Source: the human T2T-CHM13v2.0 reference genome, Homo sapiens. From it: a stretch of 64,000 nucleotides of DNA. The notes under the pieces are model-generated. The model was given only the letters and a program-made list of their open reading frames with translations. It made no database searches and was not told the DNA's origin. Positions within the stretch are counted from its first letter, which is position 1; each line of letters begins with the position of its first letter. Both the position numbers and the translations under genes were made by a program. This document shows positions 47,279 through 63,890 of this stretch, in pieces. The DNA is taken from NCBI RefSeq assembly GCF_009914755.1, contig NC_060947.1; one strand, written 5' to 3'.

Positions 47279-49872
47279 TAAGAACTGCAGCCCTGTTTTC
47301 TGGCTGAAAGACCATCATACAAACTGTGACCAATAGCTATTATGTACGTAAACGTGCGTTTAGTTACATGCACATTAGATAGGAACTTTAATCCTTGTGA
47401 AACCCAGAACACTCCTATTTTAACTTATGTTAATAAAATATAATGGAATCCATGGAAGAGGCTCTATGGTTAAGGTTGAAAAGGCAATTGCTTGCTAAAT
47501 GCCATTTTTTAAATTGCATTTTAAAAGCTGTTCTGAAATAGCTATAACAAAGATAAAATTTGCCTTAAGCTAAATGTTGTCGAAATTAAAAGGTTTGAAA
47601 GAAAGAAAACGAGTCATCATCCAGATTTTTAAAAAATATGCTGAATTTGAAGTTTCTTTCAAAGTACAGTGTTTCAATGGGGGGAGTCCAATTTTTGTAA
47701 AATTTTACAAAAACTGTATTGCCCTAAAGGCAGCCTACTGCACACAAGGATCACAGTGACTTTTACTTGTTATTCTACATGATTACTTAAAATTTTTCTG
47801 ATTTTTTTACCCTCATCTATCTTCTAACTTGTCTAGTTAACTCTTAAGAATTTCAAATTTTCTTTGAAAGATGATAGGCAATATGAGATGAGAGATAATC
47901 TACAAAAGTTACAGATGCTCACATGTATAAAACAGTCAAAATATCACAGGTCAATGACATAAACTGCATTAAATAAATTATGTTTATAGGCATCAGTAGT
48001 TGAAAATGCTCAATAATTCTGGGCTCCTTCCCCAAAATGTAAGACTTAAGTACTTCAAAGGCATTATTCTTTACTCATGAGGATCAGTGGCTTCATTTAG
48101 TAAAAGAAAAAGGAATGGACCCAGGATCCCAGTAAATAATTACTAACTGATCGCAACGCTCTTTTATCTAATGAACAACCAACAACCAACAGAAAACCCT
48201 TGATTCACAGAGGAGCAAGTCCTAGCTATTATTAAGACAGTCATTTTTTACGCTTTTTTAAAAAAATAGTAGAACAATACGTGTTGGTCTAATCTGGAAG
48301 GTAAAGTATGCTGACTTATTAAAAATTCTTAATGGAACCACAGCCCCCAAATCATTTCCCGTTAGGATGAAAGTTAACAGCTGCCATTAGGGCTGGTGTC
48401 AATTTAGAGATCTCTTCTCACTTATGCCAGAACTTATAAGAAAAGCCCATGAAGAAATAGCAATTGCTAAAATAACTACATCAATAAGCCATTCTATTCA
48501 GACATTGCAAACACACAAGCCCTTGAAATCATCATACCACTGACCCACCAAATAAGCTATTTTTAGCCAATGAGGATTACCTTCTCCAACAACAAGAACA
48601 AAACAGGCCATTTGATATATTCTTTCTGGTTTCTAGGGCTTTTTCACTTTCCTACATACTAATGAAACACAGATATCTAAACCATGCCAGTTACATAGTG
48701 ATATTTTTACTCTAGAATTGTTTGCTAATCCCAACCAGTTCAGGAAAGGCTTTATTGATAGGATTCAGAATCACAAATGTAGCCATCCAAAGCCTGCTTA
48801 CTAACCTAATACATAGTCACGTGAGAGACAAACAGAAAGGAGGATATAAATTTTATAAAAATCTACATATTGGCAACAATCCAGGCCTTAGTTAACTCAT
48901 AGCTCACCTTAGCCTCAAGCTACATTATTTGAGCATGGCTGCTTTCCTAGAGGCATAAATACCTTAGAAATAATGAATGCCACGAATACGCATGTATGTT
49001 TTATCAGTGTTGTTTGCAGAGAAGTCAAGTTTACAAATAGAAAAAAATAATAAAGTACATAAAATAAATTTTTACAAATAATGCCATTTTAACTGGATAT
49101 GAACTACTTTTTCCATGTAGTATAACTGGAATATATTGTTTAATATGCCAAGTTCTAGATTTAGATGACTTGAAATGAATATTTATCAATAGAATACTTG
49201 CATAAAGTATAGACTTACAAAAAATAAATGTTAAAACATAGATGGAAGAAAAGAATGCTTAGATGTGTGCCAGCATGGGAGCTGGGTTTATGTGCCAGCA
49301 TGGGAGCTGGGCATCCCTCCCTCCACAAGACTGGCCTGGGAAGGGAGCAGCCTGTTATCCAGCCACAGCTTCTGCCCAAGGGAGGCCTGCAGCCCCACAA
49401 ACCTATAACAGCCCAGTGATCTGGGTACAGAAGCCTTAGAACAAATCGAGCTGGGCAGGCCTGCTCCTGAGGCAGGTAACAGACAGGATTCAGTTGGGGG
49501 AGTGTGAGTTTAGCAGACCCCACAACCACGTGCTGGGGTAAAAAACACTGGACCATAAGTGCCACACCAGCTCAGATCATTGACGCCAAAAACTAACAAA
49601 GAAATAATCTGGACTTAAATTCAACACTTGACCATTGGACCTAACAGACATGTACAGAATACTTCACCCCACAAATACAGAACATACATTCTTCTATGGA
49701 CATGAAACATACTCCAAGACTGACCACATGTTCAACCATAAAGCAAGTCTTAATAAACTCAAAAGACTGAAATCACACTACACATACTCTTGGACCACAG
49801 TGGACTGAAAATAGAAATCAATATCAAGAAGTGCTCTCAAAACTACACTATTACATAAAAACTAAACAACTT

Positions 49873-50205
<333 letters not shown>

Positions 50206-50681
50206 TTAAGGCAAAAGTCAAAACATTATTTGAAATGAATGATAACAGATGCACAACATACCAAAGGTTTTGTGATGCAGTAAAAGCAGTGTTAAGGGTA
50301 AAGTTTATAGTGCTAAACACTAAATCAGTAAGTTAGAAAGATATCAAATTAGCAACCAAACATTACACCTAGAGGAACTAGAAGAACAAGAACTACCTCT
50401 AAATCTACCAGAAGAAAGAAATTATTAAAATGAGACTAGCACTGAATGAACTTGAGATGCAAAAATCCATACAAAGGATCAATGAAATGAAAAATTTGTT
50501 TTTTGAAAGGATAAACAAAATCAATACACCAATAACTAGAATAACAAAGAAAAGAGAGAAGACTCAAATAAACGCAATCAGAAAAGACAAAGGTGACATT
50601 ACAACCAATCCCAGAGAAATACAAAAGATCCTCAGAGATTATGAACACCTCTATGTACGCAAACTAGAAAATCTAGAGGTA

Positions 50682-51035
<354 letters not shown>

Positions 51036-54000
51036 TCAGGAAGAAACTGAAACCCTGAACAGACTAATAACAAGTTCCATAATTGAATCAGTAATAAAAA
51101 TCCTACGAAACAAAAAAGGTCCTGTACCAGATGTATTCACAGGTTAATTCTACCACATGTACAAAGAAGACTTGGTACCAATCCGATTGAAATTATTCCA
51201 AAAAACCGAGGAGGAAGGACTCCTTCCTAATTAATTCTACAAAGCCAGCATCCTACTGATACCAAAATCTGGCAAAGACACAATAGAAAAAAGAAAACTA
51301 CACAGGCCAATATCCCTAATGAACATAGACACAAAAATTCTCAAAAAAATACTTGTAAACCCAATCTAGCAGAACATCAAAAAGTTAATTCACTATGATC
51401 AAGTAGGATTTATTTATGGGATGCAAGGTTGGTTCAACATATGCAAATCAATAAATGTAATTCATCACATAAACAGAATTACAAACAAAAACCATGTGAT
51501 CATCTCAACAGACACAGTAAAACCTTTTAATGAAATCCAACATCTCATGAGAAAAATGCTCAACAAACTAGGCATTGAATGAACATTCTTCAAAATAATG
51601 AGAGCCATCCATGACAAACACTGTACTGAATGGGCAAAAGCTGGAAGCATCCCCCCTGAGAATTAGAACAATACAAGGATGCCCACTCTCACCACTCCTA
51701 TTCAACATAGTACTGGAAGTCCAAACCAGAGCAATCAGGCTAGAGAAAGAAATAAAAGGTATCCAAACAGGAAAAGAAGAAGTTAAATTATCTCTCCTTG
51801 CTTACTATATGATGCTATACTTAGAAAGCCCTAAAGACTCCACCAAAAGGCTCCTAAAATTGATAAGTAACTTCAGTAAAGATTCAGAATAAAAAAATCA
51901 ATGTACAAAAATTAATAGCATTTCTATACACCAATAACACTCAAGCTGAGAGCCAAATCAAAAATGCCATCCCATTTACTAGAGTTACAAGAAAAATAAA
52001 ATATTTAGGAATACATCTAACCAAGGAGGTGAAAGATCTCTGTAATGAGAATTACAAAACACCGCTAAAAGAAATCAGAAATCACACAAACAAGTGGAAA
52101 CACATTCCATGTTCATGAGTAGGATGAATAAATATAATTAAAATGGCCATACTGCCCAAAGCAATCTAGATGCAATGCTATTCCTATCAAACTACCAACA
52201 TCACTTTTCACAGAATTAGATAAAACTTTTCTAAAATTCATGTGGAACTAAAAGAGCCTGAATAGCCCAAGCAATCCTAAGCAAAAAGAACAAAGGTGGA
52301 GGCATCACATTATCCAACCTCAAACTACACTACAAGGCTACAGTAACCAAAACAGCATGGTACTGGTACAAAAGCAGACAAACAGACCAATGGGTCAGAA
52401 TAAAGTGCTCAGAAATAAAGCCTACGACCATTTAATCTTCACCTACAACCATCTGATCTTCAAAAAAGTTGACAATAACAAGCAATGGGGAAAGAACTTC
52501 CTATTTAATAAATGGTGCTGGGATAACTGGCTAGCCATATGCAGAAGAGTGAAACTGGACCCCTTCCTTTCACCATATACAAAAATAAACTCAAGATGGA
52601 TTAAAAACTTAAATGGAAGACCTAAAACTATAAAAACCCTAGAAGAAAACAAGAAATACCATTCTGGACATAGGCCTTGGCAAAGATTTCATGATGAAGT
52701 CTCCAAAAGCAATTGTGACAAAAATGAAAACTGACAAGTGAGACCTATTTATACTAAAGAGCTTCTGCATAGCAAAGAAAACTATTAACCAAGGGACTAG
52801 ACAACCTACAGAATGGGAGAAAATATTTGCAAACTATGCAACCAACGGAGGTCTAATATGCAGAATCTATAAGGAACTTAAACAAATCAACAAGCAAAAC
52901 ACAACTCCGTTAAAAAATGGATAAAGGACATGGACAGACACTTTTCAAGACATACACACAGCCAACAAGCATATGAAAAAAATGCTCAACCTCACTAATC
53001 GTTAGAGAAATTCAAATTAAAACCACAATGAGATACTATCTCACACTAGTCAGAATGGTTATCATTAAAAAATCGAAAAAATAACAGATGCTGGCAAGGT
53101 TGCAGAGAAAAGGGAATACTTATATACTGCTGGTGGGAGTGTAAATTACTTCAGCCCCTGAAAAAAGCAGTTTGGAGATTTCTCAAAGAACTTGAAACAG
53201 AACTACCATTCGACCCAGCAATGCCATTATTGGGCATATACCCAAAGGAATAGAAACCATGCTATCATAAAGATACATGCATATATATGTTCACTGCAGC
53301 ACCATTCGCAATAGCAAAGACAGAGAATCAACCTAAATGCCCATCAATGGCAGACTGCCTAAAGAAATGTGGTACATATACACCATGGAATACTATGTAG
53401 CCATAAAAAGGAATGAAATCATGTCCTCTGCCGCAACATGGATGTGACTAGAGGCCAGCATCCTGAGCAAACTAATGCAGGAACAGAAAACCAGATACCT
53501 CATGTTCTCATTTATAAGTGGGCCTAAACATTGAGTACACATGAACATAAGTAGGGGAACAACAGATGCTGGGGACTACTAGAAGGTGAAGGGAGGGAGG
53601 GGAGTAAGGGCTGAAAAACTACCTATTGGGTACTATGCTCACTGCCTGGGTAACAGGTTCACTTGTACCCCAAACCTCAGCATCATGCCATATACCTTTG
53701 TAACAAACATGCACGGGAACCCCCTGGTTCCAAAATAAGTTGAAAAAATAAAATAAAATAAGATGATGAAGTCATGAAAGAAAAGATCAAAGCCATAAGA
53801 CAAAACAAAATATTATGACAAAAAAAAGCGCATTTTGAAAAAGAACTAATTGGGACTTCCAGAAATGAAAAATACTTTTTGAAATTAGTCAAAGGAGGAG
53901 TAAACAGCATTTGTTTAGAATAAATACTAAAGACAAAATCGTGTATGGGAAGTTACATCAAGATTTAACTAAGTCACAAAGGCAATGTGGAGATATAAAG

Positions 54001-54813
54001 GGATAGAAAATATGAAAGGGTAAAAGGCACAGAATATATAGCTAGAAGGTCCAACATGTATCCAGAGGCAATTCCATAAGGAAAGAACAAGGGAAAGGTG
54101 AGGTGATTCCCCACCACCCTCATTTTCTTCACCAACCACCACTATTGCCTCTTCACCAGGCTCTCCTATAGTCACTCCTAGAACCACTTTGAAGAATCAG
54201 TGCTATGGCTTGGCAGGGTAGCAGTGGAGAAGTTCCCCCAAGAGATTCTGGGAGAGCTGCAATAGTTTTCATCAGCTCTTTATGCCCCAGCAGTGCTGTG
54301 GTACTGCAACGATACCTCCTCATGAAGGCCAAGCATGACTAGCCACTGCTGATTTTTGGCTCAGGGGAAATGGAGCGAGCAACAGTCCTCTCAAGCAATA
54401 TGAGAGAGAGGCAAGAAGTGAATTTAAAAGCTTTCCCTAAAAAATATAAACCCACCACTGCACCCGCTGACTGTGGTTCAGCCTACCATTACCCAACTAA
54501 CAGCCTTTGGTTTTGCCAGGAGTATTCCTCAGATTGTATGTTACTTACTCTAATCTATGCTTGCTTCCTTTTATGTGGTTTCTACAGGGCTGATCTTGGG
54601 CGAGGGAGCCAGCCACCTGTGCTCCTTCGCTAAGTTCGAAAATTGAGGACTTGCTATCTTTTCTTTCATATTATTGTATTTTCTTACTGTTTGTTGCAGT
54701 TTATTTAAAAACAATTGTCACCCTGCTGAACATTCTTGTTTATTTCAGTAATACGTCTGTAGATTATTTTGGGTTCTTTCCATGTAGAAAATTGTATCAT
54801 CTGAGAACGGTAG

Positions 54814-55181
<368 letters not shown>

Positions 55182-57009
55182 TAATCCCTACAGCTTCTTT
55201 TGCTATAGCTGTCTAGGCAGCTAAAGCCAGACTTAGGCTCTGGCTGAGTTTCCTATGACAACACCAAATAGAAGTCATAAAAATGGGCAGTCTTGTCTGG
55301 ATAATGTTTCCTAAGTAAGGCCTCGCTATTTTGTAATACTCTTTATCAGGTTAGGAAATTCACTTTGATATCTATTTTGCTAAGAGTTTTTTTATCATAA
55401 ATTGTTGAATTTTATTAAATCTATTTTCTTCATCTGCTGACATGATTATGTTTTTTCATCTTTTACATGTTAATGTGGTGAATTACATTATTAGATGTTT
55501 CCAATGTCAAAACAACCTTACAATCCTAAAATAACCAAACTTAGTCATGACATAGGAATATTGTGCATTGTTGGTTTCATTTGCTAACAATGTGTTTATG
55601 ATTTTTACATCCATATTCATGAGTGAGGTTGCCCTGTGATTTTCCTTTCTTCTTCCGTCCTTATTTAGTATGGGTATTCAGGTCATACTTGCCACATAAA
55701 ATAAGTTGGAGAATCTGGGGACAATTTGTGAAAGATTAGATTTATCAGCTACTGCAGTGTTTGGTAAATCATCTGAGCCTTGCATATTCTTTGCAGGAAG
55801 AATTTTTACATTGAATGATTCAACATTTACAGTGGTTATAGGACCACTGTTGTGTTTCTTGACTTAGTTTTGGTAATATTTTTCAAGCAATTTGTCCATT
55901 TCAAACTTGCTGGCATCTGTCATTATGTCTCCTATTTATTGCTTATCTGTACCTCCTTTTTCTTTCTTCATTAGTCCTGGCAGAAGTTTGTAAATTTTCT
56001 TATTCTTATCAAAAATAAGCTATATGGCTTTTGACTACTATCTCTGTTTTCTATTTAATCAATTCTGCATATATATATAGATATTAATTTCCTTCATTCT
56101 TTGAGTTTGCTCTGTTCTTTTACTAACATCTTAAGTTAGAGGCCTAACTCATTTCAACATCTTTTTCTCTTCTACTATACATATTTAACGTTATACATGT
56201 CCATCTAACTATTGATTTAGCAATGTCTACAAAAGCAATGTACATTCTTCAGTTTTGAATATTATATTTTACGTACTAGATCTATTCATCTCTAATAATA
56301 CTTTTTACTTTAAAATCTATTTTGGCCAATATTTATAGAGCTATATCAGTTTTCCTGTGGTTGGTATTTGCATGCCATATGTTTTTCCATCCTTTCACTT
56401 TCAATACTCTGTATTTTTGAGTTAGATATGACTCTCATAACATCATTTAGCTGAATTTTTAAATTCAATTTTGATCTATATTTCTTGTAACTGAAAAGTT
56501 AGTCCATCTTAATTTCACAATTTTATGTTTTCCTTACTAGTTTTCCTGCTTCTTTAATTCCTCCCCTTCTCTCCTTTGCCATTTTTTGTTAAAAGTTGAT
56601 TAAGGTGCTCTTATTACTCAATCCATTTTTTTGTCTTTCTACTTTTTTGGAAATTAAAATCTGTCTATTTGTTCAGTGGTCATTTTGAATAATTTAGCAA
56701 ACATACTAAATTTTCCAATGTCTAAAATTAAACGATACTTTTACCTTCCTCCTGAACAATGCAAAGATTCTAAAATACTTCAACTCCAACCACTTACTTT
56801 TAAAATTTTGCTAATATTGTCCAATATTATGATTCTATGTAGATTTTAACCCCACAAGTCAGACATTATTATGACAACTTATACCACATTTTATGGTATA
56901 TATTTATACTATATAACTATACATTGACCATACTTTTGCCTGTTACTCTGAGTGAAATGGGAAGCCAATGCAAAGATAAGCAGGGCAGTAAGGCTCAAAG
57001 AAGCTTCGT

Positions 57010-57460
57010 GTCCCGAGATGCTGATCTTTAGGGATTATATCAACCAGACCTCCTTACCATCGGGCTTCCAGTTAAGTTTGGCTAGTGGGAAGAATGAGCA
57101 GGAGATCACCGAATAGAGAGAGTTTGGAGTGTTTATTCTCCTGCTTCCTCTCTGCTTGGCTGCAGTTTAGTAGTCGCTGACTTCATCTATCTAGGATCAT
57201 AGGCCCTCTTAGGAAGGATCTCAGACATAGTGACAGTTCTTCCCTGGTTCTAGTCATGGTTTCCTCCCCTTTCTCTTTCAGCCTAGGGGTGGCGATAGCT
57301 TCTTACTGTTACCAACACTGCGTACTTCACCATCCTTTGATTCCCTTAACCCTGCCTATCCTGTATAAATAATGTTTCATTAAAAAAAAACAAAAAAAAC
57401 TCTTCAATTACTCCTTGGAGTGTGCTACCTGCTTCCTGTTTCCTGCTGAGCTCCTTATCA
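57010..57460. mobile_element. Old ERVL-type LTR (LTR33-like)
   Basis: GGCTTCCAGTTAAGTTTGGCTAGTGGG...TTTCCTGCTG; subfamily uncertain. Confidence 0.5.
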
Positions 57461-57920
57461 ACATAAAAAGAATGGGCATCAAAATACACACTCTTTCCAT
57501 TCATACTTTTCAGTCGTATGTCCTATTTCCCTTCCCTACTGCCCCCAAATTCTTTACAACATAACCGTATAAATGCTTGGAATTTTCTCCTATACTTTTT
57601 GCCATCTTGTGTAAGAGTGGATGTTAAAGGGATTGGACACTAATTCAATTTATTATCTTTTGCAGTTATTTTTCCCATTTGAAGACAGAACTGCAGCTCT
57701 AATCAGAGCAGGAATAGAGTATTTTAAGGTATTTCTTTTTTGCTCTGTCACTCATTCTTTTTATGACAAGGAGAACAGATTGTAAATCAAGTCTTGGACT
57801 TCCTCTACTTCCTTGTAAAGAATTTTAACAATAGTTAATCTAATCTCTGCTGAAATATGGCATGCACCTGAGGCTGTCAGAGTGCCACACAGAGAAAACA
57901 TTAGTTAAGAATTCTACCCC

Positions 57921-58374
57921 TGCCAATCAATGATAGACTGGATAAAGAAAATGTGGCACATATGCACCATGGAATACTATGCAGCCATAAAAAAGAATGA
58001 GTTAATGTCCTTTGCAGGGACATGGATGAAGCTGGAAACCATCATCCTCAGCAAACTAACACAGGAACAGAAAACCAAACACCACATGCTCTCACTCATA
58101 AGTGGGAGTTGAACAATGAGAACACATGGACACAGGGAGGGGAACATCACACACCAAGGCCTGTCGGGGGTGGGGGGCAAAGGGAGGGATAGCATTAGGA
58201 GAAATACCTAATGTAGATGATGGGTTGATGGGTGCAGCAAACCACCATGGCACGTGTATACCTATGTAACAAACCTGCACAGTCTGCACATGTATCCCAG
58301 AACTTAAAGTATAATAAAAATAAAAATAAAATGTTAAAAAAAAAGAAGAAAAGAAGAAACAATTTAAAAAAAAA
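57921..58374 (+). mobile_element. 5'-truncated L1PA (about L1PA5-7) 3' end
   Basis: WIKKMWHICTMEYYAAIKKNE ORF2 tail, G-rich 3'UTR and A tail; TSD AAGAATTCTAC at 57907-57917 and 58375-58385. Confidence 0.92.
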
Positions 58375-59999
58375 AAGAATTCTACTCCCAGCAGTAGAAA
58401 AAAATGCGGCATTTTTCTAAGTGGTGTTTTAGGATTATTCTATTTAATGGCTTATGTTATTATCTGCGTGAAACCTGCAATCCCCAGGAATCTTAGAATT
58501 TTAGACTTATGTTTAGAAATACAGAAGCAACTGGTCCAGTATTTATTTTTTCTAATATTCTTTCTTCTAAGATCTTGGAAAGATAAACAAGTAGTCACTG
58601 CTTAGGTATTTCTAGTGTCTGACAGAACCTCATATGAGTTTTAAATATTCCATTAACAGTGTATTTATTACTAAAAATGTGTCTCCATGTGCTGAATCAA
58701 AATCTGCACAACCAAAACATCCACCAGTTGGAGCCAATAACACTCTCAGAGGCAAGAAGTCTAGTCCAAGCAATTTTTCTCTCCTTTATATGTTAACTCA
58801 TTTCATTTCCAGGACTCAGCACAGTGCCTGCACATAATAGGCTATCAAAGTTATTAAATAATTTGAATGAATAAAATATTTAAAGACACCTATATATCAA
58901 GACCTCCTTAGGTCTTTTTTAGGACAATCATGCCCAATTCCCTTAATCATCTTCAAGTGATGCTTTCTAAACATATTATAATTGACTGCATTCATTTGTA
59001 CAAACTCAATTTGTACATGACCATCTGAAAATGTGACAATCAGGACCGAACAAATAGCTTTAGAAATGGGTTGACAAGACAGTGCCAAAATGGGACTATT
59101 CTTTCTTTTCTTTATTTAAGGTATTGTATTTCTAGTAATGGAATCTAAGTATGTGTCAGCATGTCTGATAACCCCACTATTGGCTTAAATAGAACTTGTG
59201 CTTAATTAAAATAACCACATTTTAGCTTATTTATTCATTCACTAACTTATTGCCCAGACTATTGTAGACAATGGAAGTACAGAATGAATAAGACAAGCCA
59301 AAGGCCTACCCTGAACATGCAACCTTTTTTAAAGTTTGAGATTGTTTAAAAATAAAAATGTATTAATAGACAAAACTGACACTGAATAAATAAGTAAATG
59401 CATAAACATTATGATGCTCAGTAATAAGTGATATTAAAAATTAAGTAAGGTAAGGAGTTTAAAAAGGGATGAGGAAGAGGCCACAATAAATTGAGGTATA
59501 AAGGAAGATCTCTCTTAGGAGATGACATTTGAACAAATACCTGATAGATATAAAGAAACAAGCAATGCAAACCTATAAGAGAGAGAGAGCTTCTAGGCAA
59601 AATAATTACATATGGTGCGCCCTACAACTGGAATATCTGAGGAACAAGAGGCCACTGTGGCAAGCAAAGAGAGAATACAGGGAGGGTGATAGAAGATGAG
59701 TGGTAGGAAAGGAATGACCAGATCATGTAGGGCTTTGTATACCATAGTACAGGATTAGGATTTTATTCCAGGTATTACGGAAAGCCATCGTAGGGTTTTG
59801 AGCAGGAGAGTGATGCTATCTGATTTACATTTTCAAAAAAGTTTCTCTGGCTACTCTGTGAAGAGGAAACAAGAGTAGAAGCAGGAAGACTGAATAGAAA
59901 GCTTTTGTAACAGACCTAGTGATAGAGGATGAGTATTTGGCTTAGTACTAACCCAAGGATAGAGGTTTTGTATCAATCCCTATTATATTATTAAGCTTT

Positions 60000-62570
60000 T
60001 AAAAATTTTTAGAATGGGTTTTTAGATATAGAGAAAAGTTGCAAAGATAGTACAGAGAGATCCCGTATACTCCACACTTAGTTTTCCCTGTTGTGAACAT
60101 TTTTTACATTACTATGGTAAATCTGTCACAACTAATGAAACAAAATTGATACGCAAATACTAATTGAAGTCCATACTTTATTCAGATTTCTTTAGTTTTT
60201 CCCTAGTATATTTTTTGTTTCCATTCCAGGATCGCATCCAGGATACCATATTATATTTAGTTGTCCTGTTTCCTTAGTCCACTCTAGATGGTGACAGTTT
60301 CACAGAATTGCCCTGTTTTTAATCCCCTTGATTGTTTTGAGGAGTACTGGTCAGGACTTTTGTAGGAATCCCACATTAAAAGTTTATTTGATGTTTTACT
60401 CACAATTAAATTGGAGCAATGGGTTTTGGGGAGGAAGACCACAGAAGTAAAATGCTATTTTCATTCTATCATATCAAGAGTACATGTCATCAATATGACT
60501 TATCACTGGGGATGAGATAGTATCTGGCCGGCTTTTCCGCTGTAAAGTTACTCTTTTCCCTGCTCTTCCCACTTCATTCACTGGAAGCAAGTCACAATGT
60601 GCAACCCGCACTTAAGGGGTGGGGATTTATGCCCTACTTCCTTGCCCAGGAAGTATCTATATAAATTATTTGAAATTCTTCTACATGAGAGATCTGTCTC
60701 TTCTTCTTCATTTATTTATTTATTCAATCATGTGTTTATATCCGTTTGAGCTCATGGGTATTTATTTTATATTTTTAGTTACAATCCAATATTATGTTAT
60801 TTACTATTTTGCTCAAATTACTTCAGCTTTAGCCATAGGGAGCTCCTTTAGTTGGCCCCTGTGTCGTTTTGACATATTTCTATCATTGTTGCTGTTGTTA
60901 TTGTTGTCATTTGTTTGCATGTTATAGGATTTTTTAAAGCACTCCTTGTTCCTGGCACTATGAAATGATACAGGCTCATTCTATATATTCCCTGATCCAG
61001 CCCTAGAACCAGCCACTTCTCCAAGGAGCCCTGGTTCCTTTCAGTAGAGAATAGTATTTGAAACCAAGAGCTGGCCATTAGCTGTGTTCATTTCCACCAA
61101 GGTGTTATATCTTCTAGACCCTCTCATCTAACAGAGAAAGGAAATGTTTTTATAGTAACCTGTACATATACACATATCTATAAATATTTCTAAATATATC
61201 AAACTATATCTCTGTGTGAGTTCATACTGATTTCTCCAAATCTAATCCTTTAACACATACATAATTTTAGCTTTCACCCCTTGCTTGTGTGTAACCTCCC
61301 ACTCCAACAGTAAGAAACCTGGCTCCCAACATCTGCCATTCATTTACTTAATAATTCAATTCCAGTATACATATATAGCAGCATCAAAACTGATTATCTG
61401 TACCCCCCATGGCAACCAACTTTATCAACTAAAGTACAATGCTTATGTGCAGTTTCTTTTGCCCTTTGTTTCACAGTCTCCAGTCATTTCTAAAGTTATT
61501 TAGGTACACACGTTTTCCCATATTCCCATCAGTGAAGCTATTTCCTATATTTGTGATATAGTTGGATTCTTTTGTCATGGCCTGCATTCCATCCTGGGTA
61601 TCTGGACCTCCTAAATGATTTTCTAAATAAGCCCTAAACAGGGCTTATTTTGCATTCCATAATGCAAATGAGGTCAAACATATTTTCATATGCCTATTTG
61701 CCACCTGCTTTTATTTTTTTCTTTTCTTTTTTTTTTTTTTTTTTTGAGACAGTCTCACTCTGCAGCTCAGGCTGGAGTTCAGTGGCATGATCTCGGCTCA
61801 CTGCAAGCTCCGCCTCCCAGGTTCACGCCATTCTTCTGCCTCAGCCTGCTAAGTAGCTGGGACTACAGGCATCTGCCACCGCGCCCGGCTTATTTTTTGT
61901 ATTTTTAGTAGAGACGGGGTTTCACCGTGTTAGCCAGGATGGTCTCGATCTCCTGACCTTGTGATCCGCCTGCCTCGGCCTCCCAAAGTGTTCGGATTAC
62001 AGGCGTCAGCCACCGCGCCCGGCCTTGCCACCATCTGATTTGCTGTCTTCTTTGATGAAGTGCCTGATCAGATCGTTTCCTCATTTTTTAATTGGGGCTG
62101 TTTGTTTACTTATTATTGCATTTTAAGAGTTCTTTATATTTTTTAGATATATGTCCTAAATTTATCTGGTATGTAATTTGCAAATATTTTCTCCCAGTTG
62201 GTGATTTGTCTTTTCATTCTCTTAACAGTGTTTTTGGTAGAGCAAAAGTTTTTCATTTTAATAAAGCCTAAACTGTCGATTTTTTTCTTTCATGAACCGT
62301 GCTTTTGGTGTATCTAGAAATGTTTCACTGAACAAAAGTTCACATAGATTTTCTCCCATGTTTTCTTTTTAGAAACATTATAGTTTTGCGTTTTACATTT
62401 AAGTCTGTGATACATTTTGAGTTAATTTTTGTGTGAAGTGTAAGATTTGAGACTGGGTTCATTTTTATTTTTTGCATATTGATGTTCAATTGTTCCAGCA
62501 CCATTCATTGAAAACACTATCCTTACTTCCATTAATTGCCTTTGCACCGTTGTCAAAATTCAGTTGACTG
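60000..62570 (-). mobile_element. L1MC-type 3' fragment
   Basis: AGAAAAGTTGCAAAGATAGTACAGAG..., TTGTTCCAGCACCATT. Confidence 0.75.
61708..62024 (-). mobile_element. AluY
   Basis: CTGCAAGCTCCGCC, GTTAGCCAGGATGGTCTCGATC; flanking TTGCCACC repeats. Confidence 0.9.
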
Positions 62571-62728
62571 TATCTTCTATTGTATCTTGTTAATTTTGAC
62601 CCATCCTTCCATCCTGTCAAAATGGTTTCGGGTCTTCATTTTGTCAGTCAGTATATCTTCTATCCCAGAGTCAACAATAATTTAATAGGTATGTTCTCCA
62701 ACAAATAATTAAGCAGCATGTTGAATAG

Positions 62729-63162
<434 letters not shown>

Positions 63163-63559
63163 TCTGCTTTTTTTATAGTTATTCAAAATACACAAACAGC
63201 GATGGTATACATCCATATGCAGGATCTGACAGTTTCTAAAATCAGAAAGTACTCTGGAAGTATCTTCTCTTATAGCTGAGGTTTCAGTTGCTCTTGTCAA
63301 TGGAGTCTATTTTACCCTTTCCAATTTGCAAAGCTACGTAGCTCTCTTTTCTCCACATCATGGGTTACCATCCTGTCACATTCCTGTACTCCTTCCTCAT
63401 TTGTGTAGCATAGAAGATAACTAAAAACATTCCATTACTTACATTTCTAGATTTTATCTTCATTAACACTATCCTTTTGGGACAAGATCACCCTTATGAA
63501 TTTGACCTTGTTCTTGTATTCTTATTTTTACCTTTTAGAAAATATCTTTTAAAATTTGA

Positions 63560-63890
63560 ACTCAGCAGACTAAAGAAAGACACATGACAATTAAATTAAT
63601 TGCATGATTCTGAACTGGATACTTTTGCTGTAGAGAAATCATTGGGACAATTGATGAAATATGAATGGGATCTGAGAATTAAATGATAGTAATGTGTTAG
63701 TGTTAATTTCATCATTTTGATGTTTTTATAGTCTGTATGTAGAATAATATCTTTGTTTTTAGGAAATACACACTTACATGTTCAGGGATGATGGGGCATT
63801 GTGTTAGCAATTTACTCAAAATATTCACAGAAAATATTCTTTGCACTGAACTTGCAACTTTTCTGAAATTTTGTGATCGTTTTGAAATTA
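63560..63890 (+). mobile_element. L1MC4-like 3' fragment
   Basis: ATTGGGACAATTGATGAAATATGAATGGG...TTGCAACTTTTCTG. Confidence 0.6.
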
